Below, one piece after another: positions 55,671 to 64,000 of a DNA stretch of 64,000 nucleotides (positions are counted from its first letter, which is position 1; the number at the start of each line of letters is the position of its first letter). Below the pieces are notes generated by a model. The model searched no databases, was not told the DNA's origin, and saw nothing but the letters and a program-made list of their open reading frames with translations. Position numbers and translations under genes: made by a program. This DNA is from Myxococcota bacterium (GTDB lineage: Bacteria > Myxococcota_A > UBA9160 > UBA4427): the NCBI GenBank assembly GCA_965250285.1, contig OZ252299.1, forward strand, positions 5,568,001-5,632,000, written 5' to 3'.

Positions 55671-57329
55671 TCATTCGACGCGGAAGCGGCCGTCGAAGAT
55701 CAGCAGATGGGGGCGCGGGACGCGCACGGTGTAGAACGCGGGGGCGCCTTCGCCGTCGCGGTGCACGTCGATCTCGAGCCCCTGCGCGCGCGCGACTTCG
55801 AGCAGACGCGGGCCGAGGCCGAAGAGGTCGGTCGCCTCGTCGTGAACGAGGTATCGCGTCCCTGCATCGCCGCGATGGGCCCAGGGGCGACCGCTGCGAA
55901 GCGTGGCCGGGATCTCCCAGATGGCTTCGCGCACGTCGGCCGAGCGCGTGAGAAAGAGCAGAGGCTCGTGGAAGCCCCAGTCGAGACTCACGGCCTGACC
56001 GCCGTCGCGCTCGAGCACCGTGGCGAACTCGGTGAGCGCGTGGGTCCAGCGGCCGCGGCCGCCGGTCTGCTCGATCAGTGCGCGGGTATCGGCGATGCGA
56101 CCGACCTGTCCGGCGGCGACGAATCCGATCGCCACACTCAGCACCGCCCGGGCGAGCACCGCCCGCCGTCGATCCCGCCACGGCCGGACGTAGAGGTCGT
56201 AGACAGCGACGCCGATGACGGCGTGCCAGAGCGGGAAGACGTTCAGCTGGTGATGCGCGCGCACGGCACCGGGCAGCGCGACCATCCCGGCGGTGACCAG
56301 CGCGGTGGTCGCGAGGAGCCACGCGCGCAGCGCGACGTCGCGGCGCGCGCCTGCGTCGCCGCGACGTCGCAGGGTCTCGATGATGAGCAGCACGAAGCAG
56401 CCGAGCGCCGCCCCGAGCAGGGGCGTCGCCTCGGCGGGCGCTTCCAGCGTGCGCTCGAAGACACCGCCGGCCTCCATCAGCCGGTGAAAGCGCGTGCCGT
56501 CGAGGGTCTGCGTGAACAGCCAGAAGCGCTCGCTCGAGTCACCGCGATCGGCGATGGCCTCGCTGGTCGAGAACAAGGCGCCGAGGTTCGACCACATCGG
56601 CGCCGATGCGACGAGCAGCAGCGCGGCGCCCGCGAAGAGCGCCGGCCGGCGCGTACGAAGCGCCTCGCTGACCAGATCGCGGCGGAAGGCCAGCAGCGCA
56701 AGCCCGGCCGCGGCCAGCACCACGGCGAAGTCGGCGCGGCTGTAGATGCCGAGCCCGAACGCGAGCCCAGACAGGCCTGCCCACGCGATGCCCATCGCGC
56801 CGCGCGCGCGCCACGCGGCGAGCAACGCGCAGGCGCCGGCCGAGCGACACAGGAGGTTCGTCGTGAACGGTCCCCACTCGAACTGCGCCAGAAAGAAGAA
56901 GCTCGGGTCGCTCAGGGCGAGCAGGCCCGTCACGATCGCAGCCGGTGCGCCGAAGAGGGCGGCGATCCACAGCATCGCGAGGCCGAGCGCGACGAGGGCG
57001 GTGGCGCACGTCGTCACGCGCAGCACACGGGGGGTGGCGCCGAAGACCGCAAACGCCGGGATCGCGAGCTGGCTCTTGAGCGAGCCGAGGTAGGCGGCGT
57101 TGTACGTGGGGAACGGTCGGCCGAACACCTCGACCGAGCGCACACTGCCGGGGTGGGTCGAGGGTCGCCCGACGTCGACGAAATCGCGGGCCTGCTGGGC
57201 CATGAAGGCCTCGTCGTAGTAGAGGCCAAGCCGGTCGGCGTCGTTCCAGGCGAAGCCGAGTACGATGCTCGAGCCCAGCGCCCACGTGAGGGCGACGACC
57301 AGCAGGGGACGACCCAGGACCGTCGTCAA
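55671..57329 (-). CDS. Multi-pass GT-C (ArnT/PMT-like) membrane protein
   Basis: YYDE after TM1, YLGSLK, DPSF, HHQ, DWG. TTG start overlaps the methyltransferase stop. Confidence 0.72.
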   Translation of the reverse strand: MTTVLGRPLLVVALTWALGSSIVLGFAWNDADRLGLYYDEAFMAQQARDFVDVGRPSTHPGSVRSVEVFGRPFPTYNAAYLGSLKSQLAIPAFAVFGATPRVLRVTTCATALVALGLAMLWIAALFGAPAAIVTGLLALSDPSFFFLAQFEWGPFTTNLLCRSAGACALLAAWRARGAMGIAWAGLSGLAFGLGIYSRADFAVVLAAAGLALLAFRRDLVSEALRTRRPALFAGAALLLVASAPMWSNLGALFSTSEAIADRGDSSERFWLFTQTLDGTRFHRLMEAGGVFERTLEAPAEATPLLGAALGCFVLLIIETLRRRGDAGARRDVALRAWLLATTALVTAGMVALPGAVRAHHQLNVFPLWHAVIGVAVYDLYVRPWRDRRRAVLARAVLSVAIGFVAAGQVGRIADTRALIEQTGGRGRWTHALTEFATVLERDGGQAVSLDWGFHEPLLFLTRSADVREAIWEIPATLRSGRPWAHRGDAGTRYLVHDEATDLFGLGPRLLEVARAQGLEIDVHRDGEGAPAFYTVRVPRPHLLIFDGRFRVE

Positions 57330-57934
57330 ACCGGATCCGTTCGCAGCCGCGCGACGAAGTGAAGCCCGCGATCGAAGAACAGGCTCGCCGGAAACGGATA
57401 GAGCCCGAGGCGCGACTTCCACGTCTCGACCTCGAGCCCCACGTCGGCGAGCACGGCGCGCCACTCGCGCTCGCTCCAGTAGAGATGGGGCACGGCGACG
57501 CCGTGGCGAGCGTTGCCGACCCGGTCCATGAAACGCAGCGTCGCCTCGGCGAAGGGGCCATCGCGCGTGTGATCCTTCAGCAGGACCCAGCTGCGTGCGA
57601 CACGCTTCGCGTCGTTCAAGAGCCTGCGGGCCTGCTCGGTGTGGTGGAGCACGTCGACGAAGAGCACGACGTCGACCGCATCGTCTTCGGCGGGCAGATG
57701 CGCGCCATCGAAACGCTCGACCGGAATCGCCGTGTCATCGCGGACGAGGACGTCGACGCCGCGAACCGAGATGTCGGGGCGCACCTGCTCGATCGCGCGC
57801 GCCAGTCGGCCGTCGCCGCTGCCCACGTCGAGCACGCTCGCGGCTTCGGGCAGCAGGGGCGCGAGGTGATCGACGAGGATGCGCACGCGCCGGTCGACGA
57901 CGGTGTGGCGATGCATGTGCTCGACGGCGTTCAT
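57326..57934 (-). CDS. Class I SAM-dependent methyltransferase
   Basis: VLDVGSGDG, GVDV, FDG..LP, DVLHH. Confidence 0.88.
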   Translation of the reverse strand: MNAVEHMHRHTVVDRRVRILVDHLAPLLPEAASVLDVGSGDGRLARAIEQVRPDISVRGVDVLVRDDTAIPVERFDGAHLPAEDDAVDVVLFVDVLHHTEQARRLLNDAKRVARSWVLLKDHTRDGPFAEATLRFMDRVGNARHGVAVPHLYWSEREWRAVLADVGLEVETWKSRLGLYPFPASLFFDRGLHFVARLRTDPV

Positions 57935-57968
57935 CGAAGAGGCGCCCCCTCGACGACACGTTGGCCGG

Positions 57969-59138
57969 TCACCGGCGATGCATCCCCAGAATCGACACGA
58001 AGAAGCCCGAGAGGATCGTCTGGAAACCCAGCGCGGCGAGCGTGACGCCGGGGATCACCCAGCGCAGCGTCGCCGGGTAGTCGAGCGCCCCGAAATCGTG
58101 CGCGAACCAGGTCGAAGCGGTCTGGCCGATCATCGCGAGCCCGGCGACGAACGCAGCGGCGCCGATCAACAGGCCGCGCTCGAGCGTGGCCCAGCCGTAG
58201 AAGCGCTCGAGCCGCGCGTCGGGTGGCATCAGCCCGACGGTCGTGGCGAACGTCTTGCTGAAGATGGCGAAGAGGATCGACTGATAGCCGAGCAGCAGCG
58301 ACAGGCTTGCGACGAGCAGCGTGTGGACGCCGATCTGCGCGGGCCCGATGCGAATGCCGGGCAGCGCCAGCACGTAGCCCAGCAGGCCGGCGATCACGAG
58401 CAACGCGCCGGGCGCGAGGAAGAGCCAGCGCGGGCTGTACATGAGGAAGAAGCGGACCGTGCGCCATCCGTCTCGGAACGTGCGCAGGTGCGGGCCGTGT
58501 GACTCGCGTCCGTCGGGATGCAGCGTGATCGGCACCTCGTCGATGCGGGCCCCGAGCAGCGTCGACTTGATGATCATCTCGGTGGCGAACTCCATACCCG
58601 CGCAGCGCTGCTCGAGCCGGTCGTAGAGCTTCTTCGTGAAGCCGCGCATGCCGCAGTACACGTCGTGGATCGGCGTGCGAAACATGAAGCGAACCATGCG
58701 CGTGAGCATCGGGTTGCCGAGCCATCTGTGGAGCGGAGGCATGGCGCCCGGCAGCACGCGTCCGCCGCCCCAGGGCAGGCGGCAGCCCTGTACGAGATCG
58801 GCCCCCGCGCGCAGCTTCTCGACGAACTTCGGGATCTCGAGAAAGTCGTAGCTGTCGTCGGCGTCGCCCATCAGCACGAAGCGGCCGCGAGCCTCGGCGA
58901 TGCCGCCCATGAGCGCGCTGCCGTAGCCGCGCTCGCTCACGTGCACGACGCGCGCGCCCAGCTCTTCGGCGATGGAGACCGATGCATCGGTCGAGCCGTT
59001 GTCGGCCACGATGATCTCGCCCACGATCTCGTGCTCGGTGAAGGCGGTCTGCGCCTTGCGAATGCAGGTCGCGAGCGTGTCCGCTTCGTTGAGGCACGGC
59101 ATCACGACGCTGAGCTCGATGGAATCTCCGGCTTCCAT
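57969..59138 (-). CDS. GT2, polyprenyl-phosphate sugar synthase-like with C-terminal TM helices
   Basis: VMPCLNE, ADNGSTD, GYGSAL, GDADDSY, GMEFATE, LRTFRDGWR; about 4 TM segments. Confidence 0.92.
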   Translation of the reverse strand: MEAGDSIELSVVMPCLNEADTLATCIRKAQTAFTEHEIVGEIIVADNGSTDASVSIAEELGARVVHVSERGYGSALMGGIAEARGRFVLMGDADDSYDFLEIPKFVEKLRAGADLVQGCRLPWGGGRVLPGAMPPLHRWLGNPMLTRMVRFMFRTPIHDVYCGMRGFTKKLYDRLEQRCAGMEFATEMIIKSTLLGARIDEVPITLHPDGRESHGPHLRTFRDGWRTVRFFLMYSPRWLFLAPGALLVIAGLLGYVLALPGIRIGPAQIGVHTLLVASLSLLLGYQSILFAIFSKTFATTVGLMPPDARLERFYGWATLERGLLIGAAAFVAGLAMIGQTASTWFAHDFGALDYPATLRWVIPGVTLAALGFQTILSGFFVSILGMHRR

Positions 59139-59314
59139 GCGCCAATCCTACAGCAACGGCGACGCGCGTCGGGCGGGGCGCTGCTACTCGAGGAAGTCGA
59201 CACGCAGGGGACCGGCAGGCACGAACGCGTTTCGTCCTGCGACGTCCGTGCGCGGGGCGTTCGACCCGGCGACGACGTGCGGGTGAGCGGGGCGATGGCG
59301 TATGCTCCCGCGCC

Positions 59315-60379
59315 ATGTCGAACGGGAACCCCGAGAGTGAGAGCGCACGCGACACGCTCGAGAACGCCGGGCCCGTTCTCGTGGTCGGCGGCGCCGGCTA
59401 CATCGGTTCACACATGCTGCGACTGCTCGTTCGAGAGGGCGTCGAATGCGCCGTCTTCGACGATCTCTCGACCGGCCACCGCGAGGCCGTCGGCGAGGCC
59501 AGGCTCCATGTCGCCAGCCTGGCGGATCGTGAGGCGCTCTCACGCGCCTTCGAGCAAGAGCGCCCCCGCTGCGTGATCCACTTCGCGGCCAAGTCGTATG
59601 TGGGCGAATCGGTCGAACGACCCGCGTTCTACTGGCGCGAGAATCTTGTGAACACGTGGAATCTGCTGGAGACGATGCGCGAGCACGACTGTGAGCGCAT
59701 CGTCTTCTCGTCGACGTGCGCGACGTTCGGCGTGCCCGAACACTCGCCGATCGAAGACGATGCGCCGCAGAAGCCGATCACGGCCTACGGCCGCAGCAAG
59801 CTCGCGATCGAGCACATGCTCGACGACTACGCGATCGCCTATGGCCTGCGCTACGTCGCGCTTCGCTACTTCAACGCCGCTGGCGCGCACCACGATGGCG
59901 ATCTCGGTGAGGATCACGATCCCGAGACCCATCTGATCCCGATCGTGCTCGAGGTCGCCGCGGGGCGCCGCGACGAGCTGTTGATGTTCGGCGACGACTA
60001 TCCGACACCCGACGGCACCTGCATTCGCGACTACATCCACGTCGAAGACCTCGCAGATGCCCACCTCGCGGCGGCGAAGCTGCTCGCGCGCGAGCCCACG
60101 ACGCTGTGCTGCAACCTCGGCACCGGGCGCGGCTATTCGGTGCGCGAGATCGCCGAGGTCGCGCGCCGGGTGACCGGGCATGCGATCCCCTCGCGCGTCG
60201 TCGATCGGCGCCCGGGTGACCCGCCCGAGCTGGTCAGCGGGGGGGGCCGCGCGAAGCAGGTGCTCGGCTTCGCGCCGAAGCGAAGCGACCTCGATGCGAT
60301 CATCGAAGACGCCTGGCGATTCCATCGCTCGCACCCGGATGGCTACGGCTCCGACTCGCCCTCCGACGCAAAGCGGTAA
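59315..60379 (+). CDS. galE: UDP-glucose 4-epimerase
   Basis: GGAGYIGSH, HFAA, VGES, YGRSK, LRYFNAAG, DGTCIRDYIHV. Confidence 0.93.
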   Translation: MSNGNPESESARDTLENAGPVLVVGGAGYIGSHMLRLLVREGVECAVFDDLSTGHREAVGEARLHVASLADREALSRAFEQERPRCVIHFAAKSYVGESVERPAFYWRENLVNTWNLLETMREHDCERIVFSSTCATFGVPEHSPIEDDAPQKPITAYGRSKLAIEHMLDDYAIAYGLRYVALRYFNAAGAHHDGDLGEDHDPETHLIPIVLEVAAGRRDELLMFGDDYPTPDGTCIRDYIHVEDLADAHLAAAKLLAREPTTLCCNLGTGRGYSVREIAEVARRVTGHAIPSRVVDRRPGDPPELVSGGGRAKQVLGFAPKRSDLDAIIEDAWRFHRSHPDGYGSDSPSDAKR

Positions 60380-60396
60380 TCGACGAGGACGCTCTC

Positions 60397-62148
60397 CTGG
60401 CCCGCTCGAAGCAGAAGGCGAAGCGCTCCGCGAAGCCCGCCGAGAAGCGGTCGGCGAAGGGGTCGGCACCGGCGACGAAGGCGAAGGCCGGTCGCGTCGG
60501 TCTCTTCGGCCTGTGGGGTGCCTTCGCCGTCGTCGGACTCTTCGTCTACGGCCCGGCGCTCGGCGGCGACTTCATCTCGGACGACGACCACTACGTCAAG
60601 AACAACCCGTACGTGCACGACTTCATGGTGCCGGCGAACTTCGTCGCGATCTGGGATCCGACGAGCGTGGTCACGATCCTCGTCGAGAACTACGCGCCGG
60701 TGCACCTCGTGCTTCACGGCGTCGAGTGGCAGCTCTTCGGCGAACGCGTGGCGGGCTATCACGTCGTCAACGTCCTCATGCACGCGCTGGCCACGACCCT
60801 GCTCTTCGTGCTCTTTGCCCGCAGCGGCATTCCACGAATGCCGGCGCTCATCGGTGCAGCGATCTTCCTCGTGCACCCTGGCAACGTCGAGAGCGTGGCC
60901 TGGATCTCGCAGCTCAAGAGCTCGTCGTCGCTCGTCCTGACGTTGGCCGCCGTGCTGGCCCATCCGCGGCGCCCGTTGCTCGCGATCGTGTGCTTCGCCT
61001 TCGCCCTGCTTGCCAAGCCCTTCGCCGCGGTCGCGTTCTTCGCGGTGCTGCTCTTCGGGTGGGTCCGGAGCGCGCCGCGCGGAGAGCAGCCGGCCGACGG
61101 CGTCGGCGTCGATTGGCGATGGCGATGGCTCGGCGGCTGGGTGGCCGCGCTCGTCGGCTTCGCGATCGTCGAGGCGCTCGCGTTCTCGAGCACGGCGGGC
61201 CAGGCGCCGACGCTCTATGCCGAGCCGCTGACGCGCATCTGCATGATGATCACGGCGGGCGGTCGCTACCTCTTCATGGCGCTCACCGGCATGGGGCTCT
61301 CGGTCTTTCACGAGCCCGCGCCGATCTCGAATCTGTTGCATCCGCAGGTGCTCGCTTCGCTCGTCGTGCTGATTGCGGTGGCGTGGCGGCTCGTCGTCGT
61401 GGTGCGCCGTCGCAGCGAGGAGGCGGTGTACTGGATCTGGGCGCTCATCTCGTTCGGGCCGCTCTCGGGCGTCGTGCCGCTGCCCTATCCCATCGCCGAC
61501 CGGTACCTCTACTTCATCCTGCCCGGCCTGATCGGCGCCGTGCTGCTGGCACTGCCCGAGCTCGGTCGTTGGCTCGAAGCTCGGCTCGGTGAGCGCATCG
61601 ACGCATCGACGCTCTCGCGCGGTGCCGTGGGGCTGGGCGTCGCGGCGTTGCTGGTCTTCGGTGCGCAGGCCCATGCGCGCGCCGACATCTGGCGCAGCGC
61701 CGAGGCGATGATGGCCGACTCGGAGCGCAACTATCCCGATGGCGCCGCCGCGAACACGCGCAAGGCCGGGCGCGCTGCCCGGTCGGGTGACTTCGCCGCC
61801 GCGGTCGGCCACCTCGAAGCAGCCCATGCGCGCGGCTACAACCGGCTCGATCACCTGCTGATCGATTCGTCGTACCGCCCGATGCAGGCCTATCCGCCCT
61901 TCGTTGCGCTGAAGGAGACGATGGCGCAGGAGTGGATCGAGCGACTGGGTGCCGACGGCGCATCGTCGCAGGTCGAGGCGCGGGCGCTTGCGCAGGCCTA
62001 CATCGTGCTCGACGACATCGAGCAGGCGCTGCAACTGGTCGAGTCGGCCGCGGTCCTGCCCGGTCCGATCACGACCGAGCTGCAGCGCGATGCCGACATG
62101 CTGCGCGCCGAGCTCGCGCGCCGCGAACGCCTGCGCGCGCTCCAGTAG
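60397..62148 (+). CDS. TMTC-like GT-C membrane protein with C-terminal TPR-like helices
   Basis: TM1 followed by FISDD...NNP, YAP, YHVVNVLMH, HPGNVESVAWIS, ADRYLYF, IWRS. The N-terminal 72 codons have no ATG/GTG/TTG; a CTG start with GAGGA SD is inferred. Confidence 0.8.
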   Translation: MARSKQKAKRSAKPAEKRSAKGSAPATKAKAGRVGLFGLWGAFAVVGLFVYGPALGGDFISDDDHYVKNNPYVHDFMVPANFVAIWDPTSVVTILVENYAPVHLVLHGVEWQLFGERVAGYHVVNVLMHALATTLLFVLFARSGIPRMPALIGAAIFLVHPGNVESVAWISQLKSSSSLVLTLAAVLAHPRRPLLAIVCFAFALLAKPFAAVAFFAVLLFGWVRSAPRGEQPADGVGVDWRWRWLGGWVAALVGFAIVEALAFSSTAGQAPTLYAEPLTRICMMITAGGRYLFMALTGMGLSVFHEPAPISNLLHPQVLASLVVLIAVAWRLVVVVRRRSEEAVYWIWALISFGPLSGVVPLPYPIADRYLYFILPGLIGAVLLALPELGRWLEARLGERIDASTLSRGAVGLGVAALLVFGAQAHARADIWRSAEAMMADSERNYPDGAAANTRKAGRAARSGDFAAAVGHLEAAHARGYNRLDHLLIDSSYRPMQAYPPFVALKETMAQEWIERLGADGASSQVEARALAQAYIVLDDIEQALQLVESAAVLPGPITTELQRDADMLRAELARRERLRALQ

Positions 62149-62151
62149 TCG

Positions 62152-62198
62152 ACGCCGCACCACGCCGCACCACGCCGCACCACGCCGCACCACGCCGC
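62152..62198. repeat. 10-bp tandem repeat (acgccgcacc) x~4.5
   Basis: Directly after the stop at 62148, between convergent genes. Confidence 0.9.
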
Positions 62199-62249
62199 GC
62201 ACCCCCACGCACGCGCTCGGCGCGGTGGCGTGCGTGAACGGCGCCGGCG

Positions 62250-64000
62250 TCAGCGAGCGCCCGGCGGGCGCGCACCGAGGCGCCGGCGCAAGGCGGCCCG
62301 CTCCCCCGGCGCATACTGGCTCGGATCGACGCGTGTCTCGACGGCGAGGGCCACCCGGGCGAGCGCCACGTCGCGGTTCTTCCCTCGGTTGGCCCCTGCG
62401 AAGTCGGCCAGGGTCGCGATGGTCGCCGCATGCTGGCCCGCGCCGAGGTTGGCGCGTGCGCGCAGCAGCAGATCCTCACGCAGCCGCGGGCTGCCGGGGA
62501 TCACGCGGTCGATCAACGCGACCGCGTCGGCTGCATGGGCAGGGTCGCCCCGCTCGATTCGCCACCTGGCTTGGAGCCGGCGGGCCGCGTCGGTCGCCGG
62601 ATGTGGATGGTCGATCGCGGCGAGGTCTTCGTCGAGCGCCGCGATCTGCGCCCACTCACCGGCGCGCGCCAGCGCCCACGCATCGACGACCACCTGCGAA
62701 GGCGCGTCGAGCCCCTCGGCGATCGTCTCGAACTCGTCGCTCGGCGTACGCCGCCACGGTCGCTGCGCCTCGAGCATGGCGAAGCGATGGCCGACCGCAT
62801 CGGGGTTCGCCTCGAAGGCGCGCGCGAGCTCGCGGCGCACCGCGCCGCGGTCGAGCTGGCGCGCCGCGATCGCGCCGAGCGCGAGGGCCCGGTCGGCGGG
62901 GTCTTCGATCTGCTGCGCGCACGCCTTCGCGCGCGCGAAGTGATCGATGCGAAGCAGCGCGCGCACGAGCTGCGACGTCGGCGTGCGGGCCGGGTGGGTG
63001 GCGTCGCAGGCCGCGGTGGGGGCGCCGAGCGTGTCGAGGGAGAGCACCCGGCGCTTCTCTCGCACGAGCGCCGGGGATCGCATCTGCAGCAGGTTGCGTT
63101 CGTCCGTGCTCACCTCGCCGCGCTCGGCCAGCCGCCGCGCGCCCTTGGGATCGAAGGCGACGTGCGCAGCGATGTCGACCGCGTCCCGGATCCCGATCGC
63201 CGCATACGTCTCGGGCGCGCGATCGATGGCCGTGGGCCCGCTCGATTCGAGGTCGAGGGGCGCGTTCGAAGCGAAGAACACGACACCGGCGGGCTGCGGT
63301 TGGTGAACGGTGACGTAGGGAAAGACATCCTGAAGCGTCGCCACGAGCACCTCGAGCAGCGCCGGGTCGATGTAGGCGAGGCCCATCCACTGTACGAAGA
63401 CGCCTTCGGGCTTCAGGTGCGATGCGACGAGCTCGAAGAACTCGCGGGTGTAGAGATGGGACGCCCCCGCGGTCCACGGATGAGAGGGCTGGGAGACGAT
63501 CGCGTCGAAGCGGCGATCGGTGAGCGTGAGGGCCCCTCGCGCATCGTTCACGACGACGTGGATGCGCGGATCGGACAGCGGGTCGAAGCCGCGATGCGGC
63601 GCCATGTACGCGTTGGCGGCGACGACCTCGTCCTCGAGCTCGATGACCTGCACGTCCTCGACGAAGCCGGGCACCCATTCGAGGAGCACGCCGCCTCCGA
63701 GGCCGATCACGAGCATGTCGCGCATCTCGGGGCGAGCGAGCGCGGCCCCCGCGCCGAGCCAGTGGCTGACGCGATAGACGTCGCTGCGCCCGCCCGGCGG
63801 CTGGATCACCGCTTCGGGCAGACCGTTGGTCGCGAGGTGATGGGCGCCCATTCGCCGCAGCACCGTCACCGTCGCGCTGCGTCCGACCGCGTCGAAGGCG
63901 AGCGCACCCGTCGAGGTCTGCAGGCCGAGCGGCGCGGTGCGCAGCAGCGTCCAGGGCGTCGGGGGCGGAACGAGCAGCACCCCCAGCGCGACCACGGCGG
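62250..64000 (-). CDS. Membrane-fused spermidine-synthase-like (SAM-binding) protein with C-terminal helical repeats; 5' part outside the window
   Basis: LVIGLGGG, IELEDEVV, NDAR, FDAIVSQPSHPW, LYTREFF, LKPEGVFVQW. Confidence 0.82.
   Translation of the reverse strand, partial: AVVALGVLLVPPPTPWTLLRTAPLGLQTSTGALAFDAVGRSATVTVLRRMGAHHLATNGLPEAVIQPPGGRSDVYRVSHWLGAGAALARPEMRDMLVIGLGGGVLLEWVPGFVEDVQVIELEDEVVAANAYMAPHRGFDPLSDPRIHVVVNDARGALTLTDRRFDAIVSQPSHPWTAGASHLYTREFFELVASHLKPEGVFVQWMGLAYIDPALLEVLVATLQDVFPYVTVHQPQPAGVVFFASNAPLDLESSGPTAIDRAPETYAAIGIRDAVDIAAHVAFDPKGARRLAERGEVSTDERNLLQMRSPALVREKRRVLSLDTLGAPTAACDATHPARTPTSQLVRALLRIDHFARAKACAQQIEDPADRALALGAIAARQLDRGAVRRELARAFEANPDAVGHRFAMLEAQRPWRRTPSDEFETIAEGLDAPSQVVVDAWALARAGEWAQIAALDEDLAAIDHPHPATDAARRLQARWRIERGDPAHAADAVALIDRVIPGSPRLREDLLLRARANLGAGQHAATIATLADFAGANRGKNRDVALARVALAVETRVDPSQYAPGERAALRRRLGARPPGAR

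Overview
Very GC-rich bacterial chromosomal segment. Gene content (HflX with the long N-terminus, a DUF2378-like protein, a DUF748 protein, many sulfatase-fold and GT-C membrane proteins) suggests Myxococcota/deltaproteobacteria; this is inference. About 43 protein-coding genes are supportable. No rRNA, tRNA, CRISPR array, integrase or transposase was recognised. The left part (1-38 kb) is mixed housekeeping and metabolism: patatin, NRDE/TANGO2, folC, GH20, a GH36-HAD fusion with a 42-bp tandem-repeat insert, mutS2, murQ, an OMP, two ALDHs, a K+ channel, a glutaryl-CoA dehydrogenase-like enzyme, a phasin-like gene, fabH, hflX, glmU (with a histone H1-like tail), glmS and uvrD/pcrA. The right part (38-62 kb) is a ~24 kb surface-glycosylation locus. 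It holds four GT2s, five GT-C-type membrane proteins (including an AglB/STT3-like oligosaccharyltransferase with a non-canonical WWDYG motif and a TMTC-like protein), three Thr-nucleophile sulfatase-fold lipoproteins, a flippase-like protein, a 2OG-Fe(II) oxygenase, a methyltransferase, Gfo/DegT amino-sugar enzymes and galE. The best leads are this glycosylation locus, the phasin gene with two in-frame SD-preceded starts (PhaF-like and PhaI-like products from one gene), several probable non-canonical (CTG/ATC) start codons, the GH36-HAD fusion and the GlmU H1-like tail. All family calls are motif recognition by eye; no database search was run.
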